From the NCBI GenBank assembly GCA_963822445.1, contig CAWGHO010000003.1, positions 1,632,001 to 1,696,000 on the forward strand: a DNA stretch of 64,000 nucleotides, in the 5' to 3' direction. The first letter of the stretch is position 1; every line of letters starts with the position of its first letter. The position numbers and the translations under genes were made by a program. The DNA comes from an uncultured Acidobacteriota bacterium. Lineage in GTDB: Bacteria; Acidobacteriota; Thermoanaerobaculia; Gp7-AA8. A model generated the notes under the pieces. That model made no database searches and was not told the DNA's origin. It saw only the letters and a program-made list of their open reading frames with translations. Of the stretch, positions 1 to 9,406 are shown piece by piece.

Positions 1-2
1 GC

Positions 3-764
3 GACCTCGAGCTGTCCGTCATCGACGAGCTACCTCCCGGCCGGCAACGGATCAAGACGGCGGTGCGCGCCGCGCATGAAGTCGAGCGCGTTTACGACTT
101 CATCGACGCCGAGATCGCCGACGGCGCGCAGATCTACATCGTCTACCCGATCATCGAGGAGTCGGAGAAGTCGAACCTCAAGCCGCTCACAATCGGTTTC
201 GAGCAGACGCAGAAGCGCTTTCCCAATCGCCGCGTGGCCATGATGCATGGGCGGATGAAGTCAGACGAGAAGGAAGAGGTGATGCAGCGCTTCAAAGGCG
301 GCGAGATCGACATCCTCGTGGCCACGACGGTCATCGAGGTCGGCATCGACGTTCCGAACGCCTCGATGATGTTGATCGTCGACGCCGACCGCTTCGGTCT
401 CTCCCAGCTGCACCAGCTTCGCGGCCGCGTCGGTCGCGGCGAGCGCAAGTCGTACTGCGTGCTGCTGCACGACGTGAAGATCACCGGCGACACGAAGGAC
501 CGCCTGCGCGCGTTCGAAAAGTCGCGCGATGGATTCGAGGTGGCCGAGGCGGATTTGCAGAGCCGGGGACCGGGAGAGTTCCTGGGAACGCGGCAGTCGG
601 GGGCGATGAAGTTTCGGATGGGCCACATCCTTCGCGACTACGATTTGATGGAGAGGGCGCGGGACCTTTCCATCGCCCTGGTGGCCGAGGATTTCAGGCG
701 TGCAGAAGCGACCGCGAAGGACCTTCTGGGCATGACCGTTCCCGCGGCCACGGCGCGGGATTGA
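3..764 (+). CDS. recG: ATP-dependent DNA helicase RecG (C-terminal part; gene starts before the window)
   Basis: Frame open from base 3 (DLELSVIDELPPGR); motifs ATTVIEVGIDVPNA, RFGLSQLHQLRGRVGRG, DGFEVAEADLQSRGPGEFLGTRQSG. Confidence 0.97.
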   Translation, partial: DLELSVIDELPPGRQRIKTAVRAAHEVERVYDFIDAEIADGAQIYIVYPIIEESEKSNLKPLTIGFEQTQKRFPNRRVAMMHGRMKSDEKEEVMQRFKGGEIDILVATTVIEVGIDVPNASMMLIVDADRFGLSQLHQLRGRVGRGERKSYCVLLHDVKITGDTKDRLRAFEKSRDGFEVAEADLQSRGPGEFLGTRQSGAMKFRMGHILRDYDLMERARDLSIALVAEDFRRAEATAKDLLGMTVPAATARD

Positions 765-797
765 CCTGCTACACTGCGCCGCTCAATTCGAACCCCG

Positions 798-1823
798 GTG
801 AGTCTTCATTTGAATCAACCTTCTCAACAACATGTGCTCAGCGGACTCCGTCCGACCGGACGCGTCCATCTGGGCAATTACTTCGGCGCGATCAAGAACT
901 GGGTCGAGCTGCAGGACCGCTATCCGTCCTACTGCTTCATCGCCGACTGGCACGCGCTGACCTCCGACTACGCGGACACCTCGCGCGTCCGAAGCTCGAC
1001 GTTCGAGGCGACCGCGGATCTGCTCTCCGCGGGGCTCGATCCAGAGAAGTGCGTCATCTTCCTGCAGTCCGAAGTGAAGGAGCACGCCGAGTTGCATCTG
1101 CTGCTCTCCATGGTCACGCCGTTGCCATGGCTCGAGCGCGTGCCCACCTTCAAAGACCAGCAGGCCCAGCTCGAGGACAAGGACCTCAACACCTACGGGT
1201 TCCTCGGATACCCGCTGCTGCAGACCGCGGACATCATCGTCTACCGCGCCGGCTTCGTTCCGGTGGGTGAGGACCAGGCGTCGCATCTCGAGCTGTCGCG
1301 CGAGATCGTGCGCCGCTTCAACAACTTCTACGGTCCGGTTTTCCCCGAGCCGCAGGCGCTCTTCACCGCGTCCGCGAAAGTCCCCGGGCTCGACGGACGG
1401 AAAATGTCGAAGTCATACGGCAACACCATTCCGCTGACGGCATCCGCGGATGAAGTTCGCGCGCTGGTGATGACCATGTTCACCGACCCGAATCGCGTGC
1501 GGCGCACCGATCCCGGCAATCCCGACATCTGCAACCTCTTTCAGTTCCACAGGATCTTCTCGGACGACGCGACCATCGCCCGCGTCGATCACGAATGCCG
1601 CACCGCGCAGATCGGATGCGTGCAGGACAAGAAGCTTCTCGCCGACATCATGATCGAGAAGCTCCAGCCCATCCGCGCGCGCCGCGAGCAGATCGATCGT
1701 GATCCCTCGATCGTCTGGGACGTGCTGCGCGAAGGAAGCGCGAAAGCCCGTGCTCGCGCCGCGGAAACGCTGGCGCTGGTGCGCGACGCGATGAAAATCG
1801 ATTATCCCGAGCTGCGGCGATGA
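798..1823 (+). CDS. trpS: Tryptophan--tRNA ligase
   Basis: SGLRPTGRVHLGNY (HIGH), GYPLLQTADI, VPVGEDQ, KMSKS. Confidence 0.97.
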   Translation: MSLHLNQPSQQHVLSGLRPTGRVHLGNYFGAIKNWVELQDRYPSYCFIADWHALTSDYADTSRVRSSTFEATADLLSAGLDPEKCVIFLQSEVKEHAELHLLLSMVTPLPWLERVPTFKDQQAQLEDKDLNTYGFLGYPLLQTADIIVYRAGFVPVGEDQASHLELSREIVRRFNNFYGPVFPEPQALFTASAKVPGLDGRKMSKSYGNTIPLTASADEVRALVMTMFTDPNRVRRTDPGNPDICNLFQFHRIFSDDATIARVDHECRTAQIGCVQDKKLLADIMIEKLQPIRARREQIDRDPSIVWDVLREGSAKARARAAETLALVRDAMKIDYPELRR

Positions 1824-2629
1824 GCGACGAGACCCCCGTGCAGGGCGCACCAATGCCCGAGGAGCAGGAAGAGGCGGCGTACAAAGTCACCCTCCCGTCC
1901 TTTCACGGACCGCTCGACCTTCTCCTGCACCTGATCAAAAAGCACGAGGTCTCGATCTCGGACATCCCCATCGTGCTGATCACCGAGCAGTACAACGCTT
2001 ATCTCGATGCGATGACCGAGCTCGATCTCGACATCGCCGCGGACTACATCTACATGGCCTCGCTGCTGATCAACATCAAGTCGCGCATGCTCCTGCCGCG
2101 CGACGAGACGGAAGGCACCGATGCCGAGGATCCGCGGAAGGAGCTGGTCGACCGGCTGCTCGAGTACCAGCGCTTCAAGGCCGTGGCCGAGACCTTCGCG
2201 GAGCTCGACGTCGTGCGCATGGGCATGTGGGCCCGCCCGCGCGTGCCGGTTCCGGGAACGCAGGACGCGCAGGAGATGGACATGAGCGAGGTCGGCCTGT
2301 TCGACCTCATCGACGCGTTCCGCACCGCGCTGTCGCGTTATGCCGAGGCCCATCCGCAGGCGATCGAGTTGCGGCGGACGGTCCACAAGATCTCCGACAA
2401 GATGCGCGAGCTGTATGAGAAGGTGCGCGAGAAGTCCCCGCTCCGCCTGCAATGGTTCCTGGAGAACCGCGATCGCAACGAATTGATCGCCGTCTTCCTC
2501 GGCACCCTCGAGCTGGTCCGCCTCGGCGGCATCGCACTACAGCAGGGCGACAACTTCGGCGAGATTCTGATTTCAAAAACGGACAAGGAGATCGAGGAGG
2601 CGACCTTCGCCATCTTCGACAATTCGTAG
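1820..2629 (+). CDS. scpA: Segregation and condensation protein A
   Basis: FHGPLDLLLHLI, KSRMLLP, EDPRKELVDRLLEYQRFK; directly upstream of scpB. Confidence 0.95.
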   Translation: MSDETPVQGAPMPEEQEEAAYKVTLPSFHGPLDLLLHLIKKHEVSISDIPIVLITEQYNAYLDAMTELDLDIAADYIYMASLLINIKSRMLLPRDETEGTDAEDPRKELVDRLLEYQRFKAVAETFAELDVVRMGMWARPRVPVPGTQDAQEMDMSEVGLFDLIDAFRTALSRYAEAHPQAIELRRTVHKISDKMRELYEKVREKSPLRLQWFLENRDRNELIAVFLGTLELVRLGGIALQQGDNFGEILISKTDKEIEEATFAIFDNS

Positions 2630-2631
2630 TC

Positions 2632-3378
2632 ATGCCCATGGAACCAAACGAACTGCGCGCGGCACTGGAAGCAATCCTCTTCGTCAGCAGCGATCCGGTG
2701 AAGGTCGACGATCTGGCCGAATCATTCGCGGACGAAGGAAAAGAAGCGGTGGCGGCGCAGCTCGAAGAGATCAAGCGCATCCTCGACGAGCACGTCGGCG
2801 GATTCCAGCTCGAGCAGACCGCCGGCGGATGGCGTCTGGCCACACGCGCCGAGCACGACGCCGTTCTTCGCAAGTACTTCGCGAAGAAAGGGGAGAACCG
2901 CATGTCCATCGCGGCGCTGGAGACGCTGGCCATCGTCGCCTATCGCCAGCCCATCACCGCGCCGGAAGTGTCGGAGATCCGTGGCGTCAACGCGACGGCG
3001 GTCATCCGCACGCTGCTCGAGCGCCGCATGGTTCGCGTGTCGGGACGCAAGAACGTGGTCGGCAGTCCGTTTCTGTATCGCACGACGAAAGAGTTTCTCG
3101 TGCACTTCGGACTCAACGACATTCGCGATCTGCCGCGCCTCGAAGAGTTCGGAGATCTGATCGGCGAGACCATCAACGACGATCTCGTGCACGCGATTCA
3201 ACACGCCGAGCCGACGCCGGAGTCGGCGGAGTTGCCGCTCAGCGAAGATGAGCCGAACGTCGATGCGACTGTCGATGCGAGCGTCGATGCGCTTGAAGGC
3301 ACGGATCTCGAAGAACAACCTTCCGTTGCCGCCGAAGAAAGTCAGTTAGAATCGAACGGCGGCCAACAAGAAGAGTGA
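2632..3378 (+). CDS. scpB: SMC-Scp complex subunit ScpB
   Basis: LEAILF, AALETLAIVAYRQPIT..E...IRGV, YRTTKEFLVHFGL; start set at ATG 2632 (or 2638); acidic C-terminal tail. Confidence 0.95.
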   Translation: MPMEPNELRAALEAILFVSSDPVKVDDLAESFADEGKEAVAAQLEEIKRILDEHVGGFQLEQTAGGWRLATRAEHDAVLRKYFAKKGENRMSIAALETLAIVAYRQPITAPEVSEIRGVNATAVIRTLLERRMVRVSGRKNVVGSPFLYRTTKEFLVHFGLNDIRDLPRLEEFGDLIGETINDDLVHAIQHAEPTPESAELPLSEDEPNVDATVDASVDALEGTDLEEQPSVAAEESQLESNGGQQEE

Positions 3379-4322
3379 TGGAACTCGAGCGACTGCAAAA
3401 GATCATCGCCCACGCGGGCTTCGCATCGCGAAGAGAAGCGGAGACGATGATTCGGGAGGGACGGGTCACGGTGAACGGCAAGGTCGTCACCGAGCTCGGA
3501 ACGAAGGCTGCTCCCGGTCGCGATCACATCAAAGTCGACGGAAAGCTCATCACCCGCGCGGAGACGCACCGCTACATCCTTCTCTACAAGCCGCGCGAAG
3601 TGACGTCGACGGTCAACGATCCCGAAGGCCGCAAGACCGTCATCGATCTGGTGAAGGGCATCCGCGAGCGGATCTATCCCGTCGGCCGTCTCGACTATCA
3701 ATCCGAAGGTCTGCTGCTGCTCACCAACGACGGCGACCTCGCATTCAAGGTCTCCCATCCCGCGCATGGATCGGTGAAGACGTATCACGTGAAGGTGCGC
3801 GGCGTTCCCGACGAACGGATCATCGGGAAGCTCGAGCGCGGCATCACCATCGAAGGCAAGCGCACCGTTCCCTGCGAGATCTCGCGGATGAAGACGACGG
3901 GACGTTCGACTGGGAAAGGCGAGGATGAAGGCAACAGCTGGTTCGAGGTTCGTTTGCGCGAAGGACGCAATCAGCAGATCCGCAAGATGTTCAAAGCGGT
4001 CGGACATCCGGTGTCGAAACTTCGCCGCGTGGCGATCGGACCGATTGCCGATCCGCGATTGAATCCCGGCGACTGGCGCGAGCTCACCAAGCATGAAGTG
4101 AAGATGCTGTCGACGATGCAGGAGATGCCGAAGCCGAAGGCCCGCCGCTCGTCGACCCGTCCGACGAAGAAAAAGTCGACGTCGAAGAAGAAGACCCAGC
4201 CCTCCGCGACGAAGCGTCCAGCCGCCACGAAACGCGCGGCTTCGACGAAACGTGCGCCGGCAGCTTCCCCGCGGCGACGCAGCACCGGCCCGGTACGCGA
4301 GCCTCGACGGGGACGCGGCTGA
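3378..4322 (+). CDS. rluB: rRNA pseudouridine synthase (RluB/RsuA family) with Lys/Ala-rich tail
   Basis: S4 domain ERLQKIIAHAGFASRREAE, GRLDYQSEGLLLLTNDG, EGRNQQIRKM; scpAB-rluB-cmk order. Confidence 0.9.
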   Translation: MELERLQKIIAHAGFASRREAETMIREGRVTVNGKVVTELGTKAAPGRDHIKVDGKLITRAETHRYILLYKPREVTSTVNDPEGRKTVIDLVKGIRERIYPVGRLDYQSEGLLLLTNDGDLAFKVSHPAHGSVKTYHVKVRGVPDERIIGKLERGITIEGKRTVPCEISRMKTTGRSTGKGEDEGNSWFEVRLREGRNQQIRKMFKAVGHPVSKLRRVAIGPIADPRLNPGDWRELTKHEVKMLSTMQEMPKPKARRSSTRPTKKKSTSKKKTQPSATKRPAATKRAASTKRAPAASPRRRSTGPVREPRRGRG

Positions 4323-4325
4323 GCC

Positions 4326-4988
4326 GTGCCCCTCATCGTTGCCATTGACGGCCCCTCCGGCGTCGGCAAATCCACCACCAGCAAGCTCGTCGCGCGGGAG
4401 CTCGGCATTCCGCACATCGACACCGGGGCGATGTATCGCGCTATCGGTTTGGCCGCTACCCGCGCCGGCATCGATGTTCATGACGCCGAAGCCCTGGAAG
4501 CGCTGGCCGCTCGCTCGGTCATCGAATTCGTCCCCGGCGACAACCCGCGGATCATCCTCGACGGCGAAGACATCACCCACCTCATCCGCACCCCGGAGAT
4601 CAGCATGGCCGCCAGCCACGTCTCGGCGGTCCCGGCCGTCCGGCGCGTGCTCGTCCGCCTGCAGCAGGACCTCGGCCGCCGCAGCGGGGGAGTCCTGGAA
4701 GGCCGGGACATCGGGACGAAGGTTTTTCCCGGGACCCCGCACAAGTTCTTCCTGACCGCCCGCCCAGACGTTCGGGCCCACCGCCGCTTCGCCGAGCTCG
4801 TCGCCAAGGGGGAGTCTCCGGATTTCGAGTCAGTGCTTGCTGACTGCCTGCAGCGGGACGAGCAGGATTCGACCCGCGCCGACTCCCCACTGACGCACGA
4901 CGAGACCTATTCGGTGGTCGATACTTCCGACCTCACCATCGCGGAAGTGGTTGAAAAAATAGTGAGTTCCGTCCGCGCCGTTTCTTGA
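4326..4988 (+). CDS. cmk: Cytidylate kinase
   Basis: AIDGPSGVGKST, DTGAMYRA, EGRDIGTKVFP. Confidence 0.96.
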   Translation: MPLIVAIDGPSGVGKSTTSKLVARELGIPHIDTGAMYRAIGLAATRAGIDVHDAEALEALAARSVIEFVPGDNPRIILDGEDITHLIRTPEISMAASHVSAVPAVRRVLVRLQQDLGRRSGGVLEGRDIGTKVFPGTPHKFFLTARPDVRAHRRFAELVAKGESPDFESVLADCLQRDEQDSTRADSPLTHDETYSVVDTSDLTIAEVVEKIVSSVRAVS

Positions 4989-5013
4989 CTCCCCTAAATC
5001 CGGCGACTAAACT
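4985..5013 (+). promoter_or_regulatory. Putative sigma70 promoter for rpsA
   Basis: TTGACT (4985-4990), 17-nt spacer, TAAACT (5008-5013), about 100 nt upstream of the rpsA ATG. Confidence 0.6.
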
Positions 5014-5110
5014 CCCGATTCCGACGTGTATCAACAACTTAGCGTCGTTTTGGCCGGCGGCTGCACCGTGTGCGGACCGCCCAACAATTTCGGAGGGGGT
5101 TCCCCAGTAC

Positions 5111-6889
5111 ATGGCGTCCAATGACGAGTCGAAGAAGCCTCAGCCACCGCGTCAGGCGGACACCACGGATCTGGAGAGCCTCGGCATGGAGCAGCTTCTC
5201 GACCTCTACACCAAGCCGACTCTGGCGGAAGGTGAGATCGTCAAGGGCCGCGTCCTCAAAGTAACCCCCACCGATATCGTCGTCGACATCGGTTACAAAT
5301 CCGAAGGCCTCCTGCCCGCAACCGAAGTGACCGGCTATGACGGCCAGGTCCGGGTCAAGCGGGGCGACGAGATCGAAGTCTTCATCGAGCGCCTCGAAGA
5401 TTCTTCGGGTTACGTCGCCCTCTCCCGTGAGAAAGCGGCTCGCATGCGCGTCTGGGACGACATCGAGGCCGCGTTCAAAGCCGATCAGCCGATCAACGGC
5501 CGCGTCATCGATCGCGTCAAAGGCGGACTGTCCGTCGACGTCGGCGGCGTGAAAGCCTTTCTGCCGGGCTCGCTGATCGACACGAAGCCGGTCAAAAACC
5601 TCGACGCCCTTCGCGGCCACGAGATGAAGTTCAAGATCGTCTCGTTCGACAAGAAGCGCAGCAACATCGTGCTGTCTCGCCGGGCCATCGTCGAAGTCGA
5701 GCAGCAGCATGCGAAGGCCGACACGTTCGCGCGTCTGAAGGAAGGCGAGCTCACGCACGGCGCGGTGAAGAACATCACCGACTACGGCGTGTTCGTCGAC
5801 CTCGGCGGCGTCGACGGTCTGCTGCACATCACCGACATTTCCTGGGGCCGGGTCACGCATCCGTCCGAGTACTTCAACGTCGGCGATGAGATCGAAGTGA
5901 TCGTGCTCAAGTTCGATCCTGCTGCGGAGCGCGTGTCGCTCGGCTACAAACAGAAATCGCAGGATCCCTGGAGCGACGTCTCAGATCGGTATCCGCTCGG
6001 CAGCCGCGTCAAGGGTCGTGTGGTTTCGTTGACCGATTACGGCGCGTTCCTCGAGCTCGAGGAAGGTGTCGAAGGGCTGATCCACGTCAGCGAGATGTCG
6101 TGGACGAAGAAGATCCGCCATCCGGCCAAGGTCATGAACATCGGCGACGAAGTGGAAGCGGTCGTCTCCGACGTCAACGTGCCCAATCGCCGCATCTCGC
6201 TGTCGCTGAAAGCGCTCGAGCAGAATCCGTGGGACACCATCGCCGAGCGTTATCCGGTCGGCGCCGTCATCGAAGGCCGCGTTCGCAACCTCACCGACTT
6301 CGGCGCGTTCGTCGAGGTCGAGGAAGGCATCGACGGGCTGATTCACATCTCCGACATGTCCTGGCACCGCCGCCTGAAGCATCCGTCCGAGGTGCTGAAG
6401 AAGGGGGATACGGTGAAGGCTCGGGTGATCAATGTCGACGGCGAGAATCAGCGCCTGTCGCTTTCGATCCGCGAGTTCCTGCCGAACGAGTGGGACAACT
6501 TCGCCCGCGGCCACAACGTCGGCGACGAAGTGATCGGCAACGTCTCCAAGATCACCGACTTCGGCCTGTTCATCCGCCTCGCGGACGGAGTGGAAGGGCT
6601 CGCGCACGTTTCGGAAGTGGAGCGCGATCGCGGACAGAAGCTCGACAAGAGCTTTGCCGTCGGCGAGCCGGTGCGCACGCGGATCATCAAAATCGATCCC
6701 GCCGAGCGGAAGATCGGTCTGACCACGCGCGGCGTCGAGCCGCTGACCGAAGAAGAGCGCAACACGCACGGTGCCGCGCACGAAGAGCATGGCCACGAGG
6801 AACCGGTCGCCGCGGAAGCGTCCGCGGGATCGACGGACGAAACGGCGAACGCCGGCGAGCCGCCCGAAGACGACAACCCTCAGACCTGA
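5111..6889 (+). CDS. rpsA: 30S ribosomal protein S1
   Basis: Six S1 repeats (DIGYKSEG, DYGVFVDLGGVDGLLHITDISW, DFGAFVEVEEGIDGLIHISDMSW); ATG 5111 after GGAGGGGG. Confidence 0.97.
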   Translation: MASNDESKKPQPPRQADTTDLESLGMEQLLDLYTKPTLAEGEIVKGRVLKVTPTDIVVDIGYKSEGLLPATEVTGYDGQVRVKRGDEIEVFIERLEDSSGYVALSREKAARMRVWDDIEAAFKADQPINGRVIDRVKGGLSVDVGGVKAFLPGSLIDTKPVKNLDALRGHEMKFKIVSFDKKRSNIVLSRRAIVEVEQQHAKADTFARLKEGELTHGAVKNITDYGVFVDLGGVDGLLHITDISWGRVTHPSEYFNVGDEIEVIVLKFDPAAERVSLGYKQKSQDPWSDVSDRYPLGSRVKGRVVSLTDYGAFLELEEGVEGLIHVSEMSWTKKIRHPAKVMNIGDEVEAVVSDVNVPNRRISLSLKALEQNPWDTIAERYPVGAVIEGRVRNLTDFGAFVEVEEGIDGLIHISDMSWHRRLKHPSEVLKKGDTVKARVINVDGENQRLSLSIREFLPNEWDNFARGHNVGDEVIGNVSKITDFGLFIRLADGVEGLAHVSEVERDRGQKLDKSFAVGEPVRTRIIKIDPAERKIGLTTRGVEPLTEEERNTHGAAHEEHGHEEPVAAEASAGSTDETANAGEPPEDDNPQT

Positions 6890-6897
6890 GTTGACGA

Positions 6898-7902
6898 ATG
6901 TCCGAGCTCGAGTCGCCTGCCGTTACCCCTCCCGCACCGCCGGACATACCGGCGCTGCCGCAGGCTGAAGTTCCGCCGCCTCCACCGCCCGCGCCGAAGA
7001 AATCGCGCACGGGCGTCTTCTTCATCGGTGCGCTCAGCGGTTGCCTGCTCGTGCTCATCGGCGGCGCGCTGCTGGCGATGTTCGCCTTCGCGCTCGACAA
7101 GGACTCCGGCGAGCTCTCGCTGAGCACGCACAAGGTCGCGATCATCCCCGTGGAAGGGGAGATCTTCGACTCGCGTGAGACTCTCGACGCCCTCGATCGC
7201 TACGCCGACAACGCGACGGTGAAAGCGATCGTCATCCGCATCAACAGCCCCGGTGGCGCCATCGCGCCGTCGCAGGAAATCTACTCGGCCATCCGCCGCA
7301 CCCGTAAGGAAAGCGGCAAGCCGATCGTCGCCTCGATGGACAGCGTCGCGGCGTCGGGCGGTTACTACATCGCCGCCGGTTGCGACTCGATCGTCGCCAA
7401 TCCGGGGACGATCACCGGCTCGATCGGCGTGGTGCTGCAGTGGTTCGACATGGAAGACCTGGTGCGCTGGGCGAAGATGAAGCCCGAGACCATCACCAGC
7501 GGTCCGCTCAAGGCAGCCGGCTCGCCGTACAAGGAGCTGAGCGAAGAGGAGCGGGCGTACTTCCAGCGCATCGTCCTTCAATTGCACTCGCAGTTCGTCC
7601 GCGCGATTGCCGAAGGCCGTTCCGGCAAGATCACCCAGGCCGAGGTTGCGAAGATCGCGGATGGACGCGTGTTCACCGGCGAAGAAGCGATGTCCTTGAA
7701 GCTCGTCGATCAACTCGGCTCGATCGACGATGCCGTCCTCGCGGCCGCGAAGCTCGCCGGCATCAAAGGCGATCCGGCCACGATCTGGCCGAAGCGCCGT
7801 GAAGCAACGTTGTTCGACGTGTTGACCGATGGCGGCGATGCGAAGGCCACGCTCGAAAAGATCCTGAGCCGGCGGCTGCCGCAGTTCCTGTACAGGTGGT
7901 GA
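6898..7902 (+). CDS. sppA: Signal peptide peptidase SppA (36K type, S49)
   Basis: N-terminal TM segment; RINSPGG, AASGGYYIA, TGSIGV, DGRVFTG. Confidence 0.93.
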   Translation: MSELESPAVTPPAPPDIPALPQAEVPPPPPPAPKKSRTGVFFIGALSGCLLVLIGGALLAMFAFALDKDSGELSLSTHKVAIIPVEGEIFDSRETLDALDRYADNATVKAIVIRINSPGGAIAPSQEIYSAIRRTRKESGKPIVASMDSVAASGGYYIAAGCDSIVANPGTITGSIGVVLQWFDMEDLVRWAKMKPETITSGPLKAAGSPYKELSEEERAYFQRIVLQLHSQFVRAIAEGRSGKITQAEVAKIADGRVFTGEEAMSLKLVDQLGSIDDAVLAAAKLAGIKGDPATIWPKRREATLFDVLTDGGDAKATLEKILSRRLPQFLYRW

Positions 7903-7905
7903 AGG

Positions 7906-8349
7906 TTGAGTGAGGAGGCTACCTTGGATTCACACGACGAAGATCTCGAACTCGATCATGACGAGCATGATGAGCACGACGACGAGCACGATGAGCATCT
8001 TCTCGAGGATGCACGCCCGAATGCCGGTGTGATGACCAAGGCCGAATTGGTCGACGAGGTCGCACGAGTCGTTCAGTTGACCAAGAAACAGGCCGAGACC
8101 ATCGTCAACATCGTCTTCGACTCCATCGTCGACTCCCTGCGGGCCGGCCAGAAAATCGAGCTCCGCGGTTTCGGCAGCTTCCGCCTGCGCAGCCGCAAAT
8201 CGCGCACGGGCCGCAATCCGAAAACCGGCGAGAAGGTGGAAGTGCCGTCGAAGAAGATCCCGTACTTCAAACCGGGGAAAGAGCTGAAGGAGCTGATCAA
8301 CAAGGCACTCGCCGACGTGGAATCGGAGACGGCAGCCGCTTCCGAGTAG
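7906..8349 (+). CDS. ihfB: Integration host factor/HU-family DNA-binding protein (IHF beta-like); start TTG 7906 or ATG 8032
   Basis: MTKAELVDEVA...IELRGFGSF...GRNPKTGEKVEVP...PYFKPGKELKE; rpsA-sppA-ihfB order; in-frame His/acidic N-terminal extension. Confidence 0.8.
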   Translation: MSEEATLDSHDEDLELDHDEHDEHDDEHDEHLLEDARPNAGVMTKAELVDEVARVVQLTKKQAETIVNIVFDSIVDSLRAGQKIELRGFGSFRLRSRKSRTGRNPKTGEKVEVPSKKIPYFKPGKELKELINKALADVESETAAASE

Positions 8350-8364
8350 GCGGGCCGCCGCGCC

Positions 8365-8865
8365 GTGGACATCCTCTTCACTCCCTGGAGATACTCCTAC
8401 TTGACCGCCCCCAAGAACGACGCACCCGGCTGCATCTTCTGCAATGCCGCGGCGGTGTCCGATCAACGAGAAACGCTGACGCTGCTCCGCACCGGCGACG
8501 CCCTGGTGATGCTCAATCGCTATCCGTACACGAACGGCCATCTGATGGTCGCGCCGATCGCGCATGAGGCGCGGCTGTTCGACAGCGCGGATCGTTCGCT
8601 GACGGCCTTGATCCGGCTGACGGCCGAAGCGCAGCGGATTCTTTCGGATGTCTACCGGCCGGATGGATTCAATGTCGGGATGAATTTCGGCCAAGTCGCG
8701 GGCGCGGGCGTCGCCGATCACTACCACCTGCACATCGTGCCGCGCTGGAGCGGCGACTCGAACTTCATGACCGTCACCGCGCGCACGCGCCTGGTGCCGG
8801 AGGAGCTCGAGGTCACGTTCGACAAGCTCGCGCCGCGCTTCCAGGACGTGCGCGTGCCGCAATGA
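8365..8865 (+). CDS. HIT-family hydrolase (Ap4A phosphorylase-like)
   Basis: CIFC, LNRYPYTNGHLMV, GFNVGMNFGQVAGAG, HYHLHIVPRW. Confidence 0.9.
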   Translation: MDILFTPWRYSYLTAPKNDAPGCIFCNAAAVSDQRETLTLLRTGDALVMLNRYPYTNGHLMVAPIAHEARLFDSADRSLTALIRLTAEAQRILSDVYRPDGFNVGMNFGQVAGAGVADHYHLHIVPRWSGDSNFMTVTARTRLVPEELEVTFDKLAPRFQDVRVPQ

Positions 8866-9233
8866 ACAAACGCTCCGTGGTGGCCATGATCCTGGCCTAC
8901 GTCGTCCCCGGCGCCGGCCACATCTACCTCGGCCGCCGGAGCCGCGGCCTGATCTTCTTCGGCATCGTGACGATGCTGTTCGTCACGGGCCTCTGGCTCG
9001 ACGGCGTGCTCTACACGATCGCGAACGCGCAACGGCAGCTCCTGGGCATCCTCGCCGCGATCGGCTCGATGGGGTCGGGCGTCGTCTATCTCTTCGGACG
9101 GATGTTCGGTCCGGCCGGCGACTTCCGCTCCTTCACCTTCGAATACGGCCGGATGTTCACACTTACCGCCGGCCTGATGAATCTCCTGCTCGTCCTCGAC
9201 TGCCACGACATCGCGCAGGGGCGGAAGCAGTGA
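8862..9233 (+). CDS. Membrane protein (DUF6677-like)
   Basis: VPGAGHIYLGR, EYG.MF...AGLMNLL; several hydrophobic segments. Confidence 0.7.
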   Translation: MNKRSVVAMILAYVVPGAGHIYLGRRSRGLIFFGIVTMLFVTGLWLDGVLYTIANAQRQLLGILAAIGSMGSGVVYLFGRMFGPAGDFRSFTFEYGRMFTLTAGLMNLLLVLDCHDIAQGRKQ

Positions 9234-9406
9234 AAAACCACATCGCCCTGATGTTCATCTACGCCGCCCTGACCGCGCTGTTCTTCACTTTGCTCTGGAA
9301 AGAGCCGCGCGACCGCAAACGCTTCTTCCTCATCGTCTTCTGCTCGCTGTTTTTCGGCGGGATCATCGCGGGGTGGGTGATGTACCCGTTTCCGCTGAAC
9401 CGATGA
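9230..9406 (+). CDS. Small two-TM membrane protein, 58 aa (not in ORF track)
   Basis: GTG 9230 overlaps the upstream TGA; its TGA overlaps the lpxB ATG (ATGA); MKNHIALMFIYAALTALFFTLLWKEPRDRKRFFLIVFCSLFFGGIIAGWVMYPFPLNR. Confidence 0.8.
   Translation: MKNHIALMFIYAALTALFFTLLWKEPRDRKRFFLIVFCSLFFGGIIAGWVMYPFPLNR

Noticed and set aside
3259-3292. 12-bp tandem repeat in scpB (VDAT VDAS VDAL)
   Set aside because: Short in-frame low-complexity repeat in a disordered tail
4130-4322. Lys/Ala/Arg-rich repetitive tail of RluB
   Set aside because: Basic low-complexity tails are common in this family
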